From contig JAAILG010000138.1 in assembly GCA_012026655.1 (NCBI GenBank), positions 1 to 64,000 on the forward strand: 64,000 bases of DNA, in the 5' to 3' direction. Origin of the DNA: Hydrolagus affinis (Eukaryota). The notes beneath the pieces were generated by a model. That model did no database searches. It saw only the letters and a program-made list of their open reading frames with translations, and was not told the DNA's origin. This document shows, in pieces, positions 11,311-23,573 of the stretch. A program made the translations under genes and the position numbers. The first letter of the stretch is position 1, and each line of letters starts with the position of its first letter.

Positions 11311-14253
11311 TTCTTCTTGACTGAGGTGGATTGAAAGTGTTTCTCGATGAAAGGAAACTGTTGAAGGCACTACACATTTCAACCATCTTTGTAGGATTGA
11401 AGATGTTCCATGGACAACAGTTAACTAAATATTGCTTCATCCACTTCCCATCAGCTCCACTTACTGTTTTCGATGCTGTGTAGAGCCTTAGATTTGCTTT
11501 CAGTTATCAGTGTGAGACCAGCTGGCACCAGCCAACTCCTACAATCAACCAGAAACCAGATATCAATATGCGCTTGAATAGGAGACAGACTTTCAGAGGT
11601 CTTGCTAACTTGAAACAAGGCCAGTTAATTGGAACTTTAAATGTCAAGGACTCCATTTTCAAGGTGATGTCTTAAGTACAAACCCTATAGTTACCTCTCA
11701 AATCAATCCACGGCTCTGCCCTTGGGACATCCTCCCGATGTGAAAGGTGCTCTATTAATGTGATTTTATTGTTGTTGCCCTGATTTATTACCTGTATAAT
11801 GAAACACGCTATATTTTTTGCTTTGCGAGTGAAGTCTTTTTTTTTGTCCCTCCAGTTTCATTTCCTATCCGAAGGCAGTGACTTTTGTTCCATACTCACT
11901 CCGGTACCTCACCCCCAAGGCTTCATGTGTAAGCTGAGGATGAGTCTTGACAGGTTTTAGGATTGCGGGGGCTTGATAACTAAGACTGACTGACCCTACC
12001 TGACGTCCACGCAGAGATACTTTCCAGCTCAGTACCTAGCACTCACTACATGTATCGAGTCCTTGGAGACTTTGTTTTTAATATGAATATATGTTGTCGA
12101 TTTTAGATTGGTTAGTGATGCACCGACACTCGTAGTTTATTAAAATGTAGATGATGAATTTTGATCGTATGTGGTATTCGATGTTAAGAGTAGTAATCAA
12201 AAACATTGATGTATTGGGAAATGTGACCCACTACAACTGAGACAGAAAAATCCTGAGCAATTGATCTTTCAGGAGTGAAATGTTTCAGACTGGGAGCCAG
12301 TACCTTATGATCAATTTCTTTCCTGTTGTCTCACCACAAAACTATTTACACAGCCATAGTGCTTAACCACCTTAGACGGCAATCACAGTGAAGCTGCTGA
12401 GAACAGAAAGGATATTGCTCGAACACTCTGCGTTGCGAATGTTTCAAAATTCAGAAAAATCATGTAATAATATCCTTTATCCAGGGTCCTGCAGTGCTTT
12501 TCTTCTGCTGACGTTATAGGGATTGACAGCGGTGAAGCTATCAGCAGACAAACCTTTCTCATTTCCAGATGATTAGCTTGATAGCCTGTAAATGCAGGAT
12601 TGTTATGTTCAAACCAACATGCTTATTTTTGTGAGCATTTATTGAATAGCCATTTAGGCAGAATTCACTGATCCCAGTCTTTTGAGCCGCTTTTCGTCCA
12701 GCTTTCCCTTGATATATTAATAAGCAATGCCACTTATTCCCGTGTACCATTCTACCAACATAGCAAGGAAGAAATCTTTATTTTAGGTTACATCAGGATT
12801 GAAACACAGTAACCACTGGGTTGCCACCAATACTACCGTTACTTGTCGATGTATTGACGATGTGTTCCTGTGTGATACCATAGAATCTACTTGGGTTTTA
12901 TGTTTGATGTGTACAGTAAGTGCGGTTGTAGAAAATAATTGCCATTTATAGAATGCCCTTTGAATAACATGCTTCACCACAGGTGCCAAGTTTGAAGAGA
13001 GTTTGACTATGAGTCCTGTTTTAATTGAACCCCAGACACAAACATACAATGTCTCTGAGGTCTCTTTCTTTACTATTAAGTGCAGACAAATCATACATTT
13101 CTGATACCTGGATTGCTAAATCCATTAATAACAATAATAAATCCTTAACAAGATATACTGTGAAGTTCAGTGACTGTTTGTGTGTTGTCGGCAAACACAA
13201 TTTTCACTACGCACAGTCAAGAGGACATCTCAAAGCATTTCACAAGTTTCGACTGTGAAACGCTTTGACTATTTTGTAGGCGGATGCAGCAGGCAATTTA
13301 TGCACCACAGTCAGGAAATAAATGACTGATTTTAATTAGTGACTTTTTTAATCTTGTTTTTGATTAAGAAAATGTTTCACATCTGTGATTCTGATTCATT
13401 TGAGCATTGAACTATAAAATACAGATGTTACTCCTGTGTTTTTTTTCTTCAATACCATGATGCATGATTGGATGTCAGATACAATTGGTGAGTGCGGTTA
13501 AATCTTCATAATCTCGTAACTGGTTTGCTAAAAAAAAAATTCTAATTGCATGAGGATTTAAATTAACTGCAGCTGAAAATAGCCAGAGTTGCAAAGGATT
13601 GCATCAGAACCTATATAAATACTTGTTGCAAAACAGGAAATGTGGGAACTTAAGTGCATTTTTTTTGGGTGGTGAGGGAAGCTTAGCTTTGACCGCAAAA
13701 GATGCACCTGAACAAAATCTGACTATGTAATGATTGTATTTAGTCTGCTCCGCATTACTGACTTGGTAATTTCTAAATGGTTTATGCTTAAATTATTTTT
13801 TTTCGTTTGGGTGTTTACTTGGATGAAGAATTATCTACAATTGGTGTTAATGTTAAGAGGTTTGGAATGTTGTTGCAAATCACCATGTGTATCAGGGCGT
13901 ACTGCTAACTTGGGACCGCACTCTAAAAGTAGCAGCACTCAGTGTTCCTGCGTTGTTCTGTCAAATTGGCCGATTAACAAATTGTCACATTGCGACGAAT
14001 AAGATCTGGAATTTCCTGGGATTGATGACAAACTTCTTTCTGAGCTTTAGCTGCATTGCACCCCGTCACAATTCCCCATTCCAAACCTGAAGCCACCGTT
14101 TGACCCAACCATAGCGACAAAAGTTTAAGGGAGGGGTTGGCAGACATAGGAGAGTGGAATTTTCCAGTAATAATTATGACATTGGACATTGCAGTTATCA
14201 CTCTATATTTAGCCTGACTATTGTGAAATGCCAACTGACGGGTAAAATGTCGT

Positions 14254-14630
14254 GGAGTCCTGTAGCTTAGTGTTAGAACACTTACCTCACAAGCAAACGG
14301 ATTTGGATTCAATTCCCAGGCAAGGCGAAATGTCGGGCAAGTTTCCTTCCTCCACTCGCCTCTGTTTATCTAACAGTAAGTAGGAACCTGGATGATAGTC
14401 GATTGGCGGATCTCTTTTCTGGAGGTAATAATGCCTTCAAATTTTTTTTAAAATAATAATTTGGTCACTCAATTCACAACTGTTTGTTGAACACTGTTTT
14501 GCTCAATTGGCTGCTGCATTTCCCCCACAAAATATAGTCAATTCATTTTTACAGTATATTCTGAGAAGCACTTTGGGACCTCTCGAAGAAATGATAAGGC
14601 ACTATATCAAATGCAAGGATTATTTTTATT
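14254..14630 (+). mobile_element. Longer SINE variant with an extra internal segment
   Basis: Same tRNA head, core and tail, plus gcctctgtttatctaacagtaagtaggaacctgg after the head; a related segment occurs in the copy at 18370-18580. Confidence 0.8.
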
Positions 14631-15196
14631 GCTGCTCATTACAGATTTGGGCTCACTTGTTATACCGATTCCTGCTTAACAACTGACCGCTTCAGTAATG
14701 CATTGTAGAAGCTGCATTTTTATCTTATCACATGTTACAGTGCTGTAGCTCTGGGTCCAGCTATTGATTCTGAGTAGATACATGGGACTGTACATTCCTA
14801 CTACATCATCAATCTTACTTTGGAAGGCAGAAAACATTACCCACGTAACAAATTTCCAGGTGGAAAACAATTGCCTTTATTTGTCAGGCCAAATAAGTTT
14901 TTAAAACCACCACTGATCTAATACAATCTAAGGTCAAACAGGTATATTTACAGATCAATTACATTAATATTGATTATAATTCTTTGCAGATACAGGTCAA
15001 ATGGATTTTAAACTCACAATGTTTAATACTACTCTTTAACTTGTCTCTGTTAACTTGTCTCTCTTAATTGCTGCGTTGAAAATCTCAGCAAGCACCTCTG
15101 GTAACCTTGTGGGTTAAAAGTGTCATACTGTGTAGAAGGTTACAGATGTGAATCCAGTCTGTGCTGACTGAGTTAGTTTGGATAAGAGTCAGTAAA

Positions 15197-15320
15197 TCAT
15201 AATAATAATAATAATAATACTTGTTTTTGATATAGTGCTTTTCACATCTTCAAGACGTCTCAAAACGCTTCACAGAACATATTGTACTGTAAAATGAATT
15301 GACTGCATAATTCTGGGAAA
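15197..15320 (-). mobile_element. SINE 3' fragment
   Basis: (aat)n followed by gatatagtgcttttcacatcttcaagacgtctcaaaacgcttcacagaa. Confidence 0.8.
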
Positions 15321-15482
15321 AACAGTAAAGGTGTTGCAATTGGACTCATAACCCATGGGAGTCAAAAAATGTTGGAGAAGAAGATCTTTGACATTGTGTA
15401 TTGCTCAAATTGTGTCGAGAAATCCTACAACTCATTGCTGCTGGCTTTGTGTAATAACAGCTGATTGTGTCTGTGTCCGCAG

Positions 15483-15609
15483 GTCATGCTCCATCAGACT
15501 ATAAATTGCTGTCTGTACAGATTATGATTCGCCACGGAGACAGGTACCCCCTTTATGCCATTCCAAAAACAAAACAACCGCCCATCGACTGTACACTGAT
15601 CCCTGGCAG
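15483..15609 (+). CDS. PXYLP1: PXYLP1 coding exon with catalytic RHGxRxP motif (127 nt)
   Basis: Acceptor gtgtccgcag| and donor GGCAG|gtaagt. Translates GHAPSDYKLLSVQIMIRHGDRYPLYAIPKTKQPPIDCTLIPG(R); RHGDRYP is the histidine acid phosphatase signature. Absent from the ORF track because it is too short. Confidence 0.96.
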
Positions 15610-17036
15610 GTAAGTTCACTTCAGAGGGTTTTTTAAAAAAAAATAGACTGTGCGTTTTCAAATTCTGGCAGCGGAGTGAAGTACCGCAATTAAATGCAAG
15701 TAGTTGTTATCTCGCAAAGTACTTTTTGACAAAATGATTATTGTATTCATGGAGTGGTCGGGTGTGAAAAAAAACAAAGAGCTACATGCATACAATCGAA
15801 TGGCAGGTTTAATTAAATACCATTAAAGACTGGTTTCGCTGTTTCTGACAGAAAAGGTGCTGGAGGCTTCTGGTAACCCTATTTGACACCTCTCTCTCTC
15901 TCAAATTAGTGAGTCTGTCGTGGAGTAACTCAGAGTGGGTCATCTGACAAACAGAAGTGACTGGCTCTGTTTGATGAAAGTGGCTGCAATTGTAAACTAC
16001 AACACAATACCAAATTACATTCGTATTTAGGGCCTTTCACATTGGCTGGACTTCCTGAGGATAAATAGTACAGATCCTGTTTAAAGTAGTAAAGAAAATC
16101 TGAGTTTGCTCCCAATTCCTTTCTACTGCTGCCACGTCATCAAAATCTGGTAGTTCAACATGAGCTCAGGTCGATTTGAGATAATGATGGGATTTGTTTC
16201 TCATCTCTTCTGAAGCCTGATAATAGAAAGTGACAGGCAGATGTAACCAGATGCATACCCCCAATCACTGGTTGCTTTAATCCATTGACTTCTTTCAAGA
16301 TGTCCCACACTAGAACAAAATGACAAAAATTGTTTAGTAATAAAAGGTTTGTGTATAAATTAGGGATATGTGCAACATGTTTGGTTAAATGGCAAGTGTC
16401 TTTTTCCAGAAGAAAAGGTGATTGTCTCTAACCCACCCAAGTAAAATTAAAAATATTCTGTTATATTTTAATGCGCCATTGGGGCTTGGGGAACTAGCGA
16501 GAACAATGTTCTTCAGCCAGATTTTGAGGGAGCAAAGTACAATCCGAGCAATTGCAGTTGACCTGGGTTCAGTAGCTTCAGAAACCGAGCTTGTATTTGA
16601 GCTCCAGGGCTCAGTGTAAGTGTGATAGTGGTGCCGTGGAAACCAAAGAGAACTACCATAAAAGGATTGGGTTTGGCTTTAAGTGGAACTTGCCTTTCTC
16701 CAGTTCACTGTTGAGTAGAATATCTTTTATTCTTCTGTACATTTTATGTTTTTCCATAGTTTTTCCAGCATAACTGTATCCCCCCCAGAAGGTCTTGTGA
16801 GCCATTGATATTGAAAGAGAGTTTCCTGTACTGTAAATGTCTATAGGGGTGAGTGCTGAGGGGAGAGTAGGCTTGGTCAGAACCTGGATGACAGCTTTAA
16901 AGGAAAGTTCAAAACCCTGAAGGTAAACATGCCTTCTTACCTCATATTTTGTGCGTTACATGTCAATAGGACCCGGAGATTTATATTTCAATGGCTCACA
17001 AATCCTAATCAGCATCTAATTGTAGAGTGGCTCAAA

Positions 17037-17215
17037 TGATAATAATAATCGTTGCATTTGATATAGCGCTTTTCACGTCTTATCGATGTCTCAAAGCTTC
17101 ACAGAATATACGGTAAAGTGCATTGACTGTATATATGTGGGCGAAACACGGCAGCCAATTGCGCACAGCGGTGTCCCACAAACAGTCGTGGGTTGAAAAT
17201 GACCAATTTATTATT
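17037..17215 (-). mobile_element. 5'-truncated SINE
   Basis: Tail plus core: gtgggcgaaacacggcagccaattgcgcacagcggtgtcccacaaacagtcgtgg. Confidence 0.88.
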
Positions 17216-18369
17216 GATTTATCTCAACGATGTGTCTCTGGGAGCCATAAGAAACGTGCACCAGTGAGTGACATGTTATAAATAAACAAAGGTCTCTGTT
17301 AATGAGTAATGAACACATTGTGCAAACCCGGAGTCTGTTCTGCGGAGAGGGCACCATTCTTTTACACTAGCTGCTCTATTCGGACATGAATTTTGGGACG
17401 TCAACCTACAAACGGAGAAAGCAACGATTTCCTTGAAACTCCACACAAATGGGACAAGCTGAAAGCTTAATGTGCTGGAAGGTTGTTGTGTGTGGAGTAA
17501 ACCCTGATCACGTGTTCGGTTTGAACTGCAAATAAATTATAAAGGTGTCAACTAATAGTGACATGATCAAACAAAGGGAGATTTCAAGGCTTATACGGCA
17601 ATGTCCGCTGGTGGAAGGTGGGAAAGATCTGGTGTTTAATTGAATGCAGTACATTCTTTGGTATTCCTTTGAATGCTGTGTGACTATTGTAGCGTTTATC
17701 TTGCTTAGGAGGGTGTACGTGTTTTTCTTTTATGTGCGCTGAGTACCAGGCAGGTTCAGAGAAGCTCAGCGGTGGTCAATATGACTGAACATTCAAATAA
17801 TTTGTAATGTCTGGGCCCCTCTGAGTGCGTTTATGGGATCTTACAACATACTGGGAGCTTTTCAAGAATGGTTAGCATCTTGGTGATACAGAGAATGGTT
17901 AAACATAGGATCAAATTGCACTCCCATACCAAGAAAGGATTGGATTGCAGAACCAATTGATGTGCCGTATAACTACACAAAGCTCAAAAATCCCTCCGGG
18001 AGAATTGAATGTAGCTGTGTTTGCTGACTCCAGCGATCTCAGCTGATACTTTCTGACATGAGCAGGTTATTTTCCATTCCGTAGAAGTTGTTTTCATCTT
18101 TGTGAGACCGGAATGGACTCTGAATTAAGCTATGCCTGTCATTATATTTAATACTAGAGATCTGGTATAAAATCGAAGTCTTAGTTATCCTCGTGTTTTA
18201 GCACCACTTTCTTCCCCCCTCACCTCCACCCCAATTTTCTCACCATCTTGACTGCAGATGCTGACTCATGTTGGATCCAATTCTGTAGAAACTGGCAGCC
18301 CTTTGCATCTTGTCTCATTTACTCTTCAAATGTAAGCCAAGGCCATGAGTGTTAGCGAGTTATTTGTTG

Positions 18370-18580
18370 GGAGTCCTGTAGCTCAGTTGTTAGAGCACTC
18401 GCAACTAACGGGACCTGGGTTTGATTACCATGCCTCTGTTTACCTAAAGGTGGGAACCTGATTGTTAGTGAATTAGCAGGGAAAATGATCCCTTTAAATA
18501 AATAATAATAATAATTGGATGACTCAATCTATGAATGTATGTATGATACTGCTGTGTGGAATTGGCTGCCATATTTTGCC
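18370..18580 (+). mobile_element. Degraded SINE (long variant)
   Basis: Head ggagtcctgtagctcagttgttagagcactcgc, segment gcctctgtttacct, core ctgctgtgtggaattggctgcc. Confidence 0.7.
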
Positions 18581-18845
18581 AGGAATGGCTTGCCGTCGCA
18601 ATGTTGAACCATCTGAAGACCTATCTCTTTGCTTCTATTTAAAATGGTGTTTCTTTGTTGTGGGACTTCTGTCTTGTTCACACTTTAGAGCAGAAACCTA
18701 TGGTGGTGACTGGAAAATAGGACGTATAAACAAGGCACAAGTTGCAGATGACTTTAGAACCAGCTTCACCAAATTGACAGAAGACTTCAGCTAAAATATA
18801 TAATCAGGTTCGGCTTTGCTGTGGTGAAGTAACAACGGCAACTAA

Positions 18846-18863
18846 CACTACCCCCTAGTGGCA
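18846..18863 (-). promoter_or_regulatory. Candidate CTCF site
   Basis: Reverse strand TGCCACTAGGGGGTAGTG, close to the CTCF consensus CCACYAGRGGGCRS. Confidence 0.5.
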
Positions 18864-20267
18864 ATCAGAAATTCTACCAGACAAAACGCAAATTAACTCT
18901 GGCTTGCTGCCTAAAGCATAAAAAAGGCACGATCTTAATGATTTATGAGTTAAAATGTAATGGGCATGACTGATGTAAAATAAATTGTCTTGCCATTTGA
19001 TATGGCACTGAATGATTTACATTTTTGCTTAAACTGAGCATCACTGCATTGATTCCATGCCAAGCTACATTATCTATTCTAGCAGTTATAGTTGACAATG
19101 TAATTTTCAAGAGAACAGACATGCCATGTCAGTTTTAAATAAAATACCACTTTGAGTTCATGAAGGGGTGGGAATGGTCCCTTGCTGACTGGATCGATAT
19201 ATGACGTTACACATCAGGGTGTTTGAATGACAGTGGTGATTTTTGTAGTTATCCTGCCCATTTACGAGAATCAACCAATTTGTTGGTTAAACATTAATTT
19301 ACCATCGACTATTCTTTGCTGGATTAGTTGATGTTAAGTAATCTTTACTTGCTCCTTAATTCTGGCAACAAGTCTGAGGTTAGCAAAGACTATTTCCATT
19401 CAAAATTGTCTTTGTCTGAATACCCGAATGATTTCTGCTGCCCTTTCGATTGAATGCCAAGTATTGCTTTGAGTAATAAGATCACCCATTTTTACTCAAC
19501 ATGTTCAGCTAAAGTTCTCTGTTTTGCAAAAGTTATCGGGTGAACTTCTTATTCTGTGATTATCTAATTGAAATGTGGATGTACATGATGGGATGATTGA
19601 CAGTGGTTCACATGCAGCAAAACAAATGGCTGCATGTGAATAGAGCTGTTGTTCATTGCAACAATAAATACAGTGGCTTCTATACTATACCACAAAATAC
19701 TGATTTCCTGCTTTGGGATGTCTGCCTTGGTGGCAATGCTTGGAGTCTGTTGTAGGCTTGGGTTTGCTTGATCCTCAGTACCAGATGAGTAATGTGGTGC
19801 GTCGAACAAAAGTCATTCCTTAAAAAGGTTCTTAAAACTTGGTTTGAGATTTTTTTTGACTTTTGATTTGAAAGGAAGTATTGTATTTTATAATAATAGA
19901 AATGAGCAGAGAACTTTATTGAAGTTTATCTTTCCAGGGAATTGAAAACATTCAGACAAATTGATGCATTTGGCTTGCCACTTATTTTGGTCGAATAATC
20001 ATTGGATTTTATCACAGTATCTATCCTCGGCAGGCTTTCTTTCAGATGCCAACTGGTGTGAAGATTGTGCTGGGGTGACTGAGGCAGTGAGTTTGATTTT
20101 TGATCCTATGTTGTGTCAATCAGCTGGAAAACTACGCAGAACATTTCTGTGTTCCCAGTTCAGCTCTTGACATTCCATTAACTTGATCTTTACCTATTGT
20201 GAGACCTCGGGAAATCTGAAGTTGTAACACTTTTCATGGAATGTTACACACAAGGACTTCTAATTTA

Positions 20268-20460
20268 AGTTGACACTTCAGTACCACAATGAGAGAGAGA
20301 GACTGCTGTATTGTTGGATGTGTTGTCCTTCAGATGAGATGATAAAGCAAGGTCGTGTCAATCTGTTCCTATGGTTTAGACTTTACAATAAATCCCACAA
20401 AACACTTTTGAGACATCCTCCTGATATGAAAGGCGCTATACCAAATGCAAGGATGATTAA
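20268..20460 (+). mobile_element. Old DeuSINE (SacSINE1/AmnSINE1-like) fragment
   Basis: tgacacttcagtaccacaatgag...gctgtattgttggatgtgttgtccttcagatgagatgataaagcaagg...; tail gagacatcctcctgatatgaaaggcgctataccaaatgcaagg. Similar to the copy at 60730-61140. Confidence 0.55.
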
Positions 20461-20578
20461 TATAACAATGCAGTAAGCCTTGAGCTGGATAATGCCTGCT
20501 ATGTGTTAAAGAACTGCGCTTTTAAATATTTGTATTTATATCTGAATTTAATCTTAATACTTATTTTCCTGTCACAAG

Positions 20579-20718
20579 AGAACCATCGCATCGACGACTG
20601 AAAGACTTCATCAAGCACATGAGCAAAGCTGATAAAGTTCGACTTGACGGCCCCTTGAATAACATTGCACTCCTCCCCGCTCACACAGTGTGTGAGATGG
20701 GGGAACTAACTCAGACAG
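20579..20718 (+). CDS. PXYLP1: PXYLP1 coding exon (140 nt, phase 2 to 1)
   Basis: Acceptor ttttcctgtcacaag| and donor ACAG|gtgaga. Translates (R)EPSHRRLKDFIKHMSKADKVRLDGPLNNIALLPAHTVCEMGELTQT(G); CEMGELTQTG is conserved in PXYLP1. Confidence 0.95.
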
Positions 20719-21444
20719 GTGAGATACGTGGCAAATACGTAGGATTTTTCTTACAGACCTGGCTCCATATCCAGTGTGACAGTGAAGAGAGATTGAATGG
20801 TTATTCAGTGATGTGGAGTTTAGGGTTAGGGTTAGGAATCCTCAGCCCATCAGGAAGTGTGTGGCTCTGGGGGAGGTGAACGTTAGAGATTGACCTGTGC
20901 CAATTGCAGCAGGAAGAGTGAGTGTAAATAGCAGCAGTGGGAAGACTTGTTTGGACAGGCACGGAGTGCAAGCACGAAAGGTGTGTCACTGCCCTTGTAT
21001 GCACAGGGAACTAGTCGGCTGGCTGACTGAATCAAAGTACACATCCAGTGTAAATATAGTTTGATCACACGGGTATATGTTTAATTATACTTCCACACTG
21101 TAGACCATGGACCTGCTCTATATGAGGCACATTACATTTCATCTACAAAATATACAATCAATTCACTTGACAATAAATGTTTTGAGACATCTCGAAGGCA
21201 CGATAAGGTGCTATATCAAATGCAAGGATTATTATTATTACAATGGCGGTCAGTATGTCTTAGTTTGACTGTATTGTGCAGAAACCAGCCTTACTTTGTA
21301 TTGTTTCTCACCCCCCTCCCCACCCGCCTCCACCATTATGTGCTATGCCTGCCTCAAGACCCTCCTCTTCGATGGTCCCATCAGCAACTCCTAATCCCCC
21401 CCTTCCCTCCCTGCACCCTCATCCCCAGCTCAGGTCTGAAACAA

Positions 21445-21526
21445 TGACTGTCCAGCGCCTTGGGGTGTCCTCCTGACGTGATAGGTGCTAATACAAGTGT
21501 AATTTTGTTGTTGTTGTTGTTGTTGT
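21445..21526 (+). mobile_element. L2-type retroelement 3' tail with (TTG)n
   Basis: cagcgccttggggtgtcctcctgacgtgataggtgcta...gtaatt(ttg)n. The same tail occurs at 250-315, ~5150-5230, ~11720-11778, ~31405-31460 (-) and ~37765-37835 (-). Confidence 0.7.
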
Positions 21527-21831
21527 GGAGCTCCTGTAGCTCAATGGTTAGAGCACTGGCCTTACACATGTGTGACCTGTGTTTGAATCCAGGCAGGTCT
21601 GGGCAAATTTCCTTACTCCACATGCCCTAATAATAATCTGTCCAAAAAAAACACAGTAAAAATTGGTCATTTTCAATCCATGACTGTTTGTGGGACACTG
21701 CTGTGTGCAATTGGCTGCTGCGTTTCGCCCACAAACATACAGTCAAATTATGGTATATTCTGTGAAGCGCTTTGAGACATCGATAAAATGTGAAAAGTGC
21801 TGTATCAAATGCAAGGATTATTATTATTATT
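21527..21831 (+). mobile_element. Full-length tRNA-derived SINE immediately upstream of the PXYLP1 terminal exon
   Basis: Head ggagctcctgtagctcaatggttagagc...gtttgaatcc, core, and tail ending aaatgcaaggattattattattatt at 21831. Confidence 0.92.
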
Positions 21832-21840
21832 CTTACGCAG

Positions 21841-22772
21841 GTGTTGTCCAGCATCTCCTGAATGGGGAGCGTTTGCATGACGCGTATATCAAGAAACACA
21901 AGCTGCTGACTGACGCCTGGGCGAGCAAACAGCTCTACGTGGAGTCGACAGGCAAGAGCCGGACTCTGCAGAGCGGCCTGGCGTTCCTCTACACGCTGCT
22001 GCCAGCATTCGAGTGGGAGAAGATCCACATCCGGCACCAATGGAGCACCATCTTCTGCTCGAACACCTGCGACTGTCCCATGCGGAATCACTACCTGGAG
22101 GAGGAGCAGAGGCGCCAGTACAACCTGCGAGTCAAAAACGGCCCGCTGGAGGGGACATACGTAGCGATGGCAAAGATCGTGGGCATTCCGACCAGGCAGC
22201 TGAGAGCGGCTAATCCCGTCGACTCGCTGCTGTGCCACTTCTGCCACAACGTCTCGTTCCCTTGCACGGAGCACGGCTGCATTGATCTGAAGCACTTTAA
22301 AGTAATCAAGGCGCACCAGCTGGAAGACGAGCGAGACAGGCAGAGCAAAAAACTGTACCATAAGTACGCCCTGCTCGCAACCCATCCCATCCTCAACCAG
22401 ACTGTCTCCCGCATGCTGCGGGTCGCTCAAGGGAAAAAGGACGAGATCTTGGCGCTGTACTCGGCTCACGACGTCACAGTGGCTCCCCTGCTCAGCGCTC
22501 TGGGCGTCACCGAGGCCAGGTTCCCCAGGTTCGCCGCCCGCATCGTGTTTGAGATCTGGCAGGATGCCAACAACAAAAAGAAGCACTCCGTCCGCGTGCT
22601 TTACAACGGTGAGGACGTCACATTCCAAACCACCTTCTGCCGTGACCACAGGGTCCATTCCAAACAGCTGCTGTGTCCTTTAGAGAATTTTGTCCATTTT
22701 GTACAGAGGGACATGTTTGCGGTTTTCAACAGCACAAACTATTATGACGCCTGTCACCGGCGGGTATTTTGA
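21841..22772 (+). CDS. PXYLP1: PXYLP1 terminal coding exon (932 nt to TGA)
   Basis: Acceptor tcttacgcag|. Translates GVVQHLLNGE...GKSRTLQSGLAFLY...LRAANPVDSLLCHFCHNVSFPC...LYSAHDVT...ARFPRFAARIVFE...NYYDACHRRVF*. Contains the acid phosphatase HD motif (AHD). The four exons join in one frame (1361 nt). Confidence 0.97.
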
Positions 22773-23320
22773 TTATAGATATATATATTTTTTGGTGGTG
22801 AAAGTACTCGTGGAATACTAATGTAATACTGTGTGTTGTTGTGTATTTTGAATATTACTGTACTGTACGCTGGCTGGGGTTCCCTGCTGCTCAATTTTGA
22901 CAATGACATTCCATTCCCAGGAGCAGAGCAGTTTGATTTCCTTGCCAATAAATGTTCATGTGGATTGTATGGCATTATACGCTCCGTGTGATGTGTTCCA
23001 CGAACTCCTGACTGCACCGCTTCGTATGCGTCTTTCTCACTGAGGCTGAATGAGACACAATATTGTAAGAAGGTCTTGGGATTGAGCCCTCTCTTACTTG
23101 GTGGAGAACGTTGATGCTTCGCTGTCAACAGGAATATGCCACTCTGCCTCAGTTAAGGGAAAGAGATAAATAAAGTTGTCCATCCCTTTGTTTGATATTG
23201 AAAGACCTGACACAAATTTGTTACAAACATGGTGATCCGCAGGTTGCAGTCTAAAGAAATGAATCCTGCATGTTAAGCTGGTTTTGTTCGTAATAATAAA
23301 ATATTTCTAAAGATGTGTCT
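22773..23320 (+). terminator. PXYLP1 3' UTR with candidate polyadenylation signals
   Basis: AATAAA at 22947-22952, 23169-23174 and 23295-23300; the last is followed by a GT-rich stretch (gatgtgtctgctctcgtg). The site actually used cannot be determined from sequence. Confidence 0.55.
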
Positions 23321-23573
23321 GCTCTCGTGCGCACAGTTACATCCGCAAATGAAAGCAATCGGGCTTCACATATAAGAGAAGAATTTACTGACTGAACTCC
23401 ACTGAGTTACTTTAAAGGCGTTTTACTGAGGAGTGAGAAAGTGTGGCTGAAATATGTTTATTCTGAGAAAGTCTCCTGTCACAGTTTGGCCAGAAAGAAC
23501 AGTTGAGCAGATAACAGTCTTTTCTCTCTGTTGGCCTGGCACAGGATTAATGGCCAATTACTGCGGGGTTGAG

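Noticed and set aside
21690-21840. N-terminal 50 aa of the 360-aa ORF as true PXYLP1 sequence
   Set aside because: SINE-derived and intronic; homology and the splice acceptor start at 21841.
21627-22658. 343-aa minus-strand ORF
   Set aside because: Antisense shadow of the GC3-rich PXYLP1 terminal exon; ends inside a SINE and has no recognisable domain.
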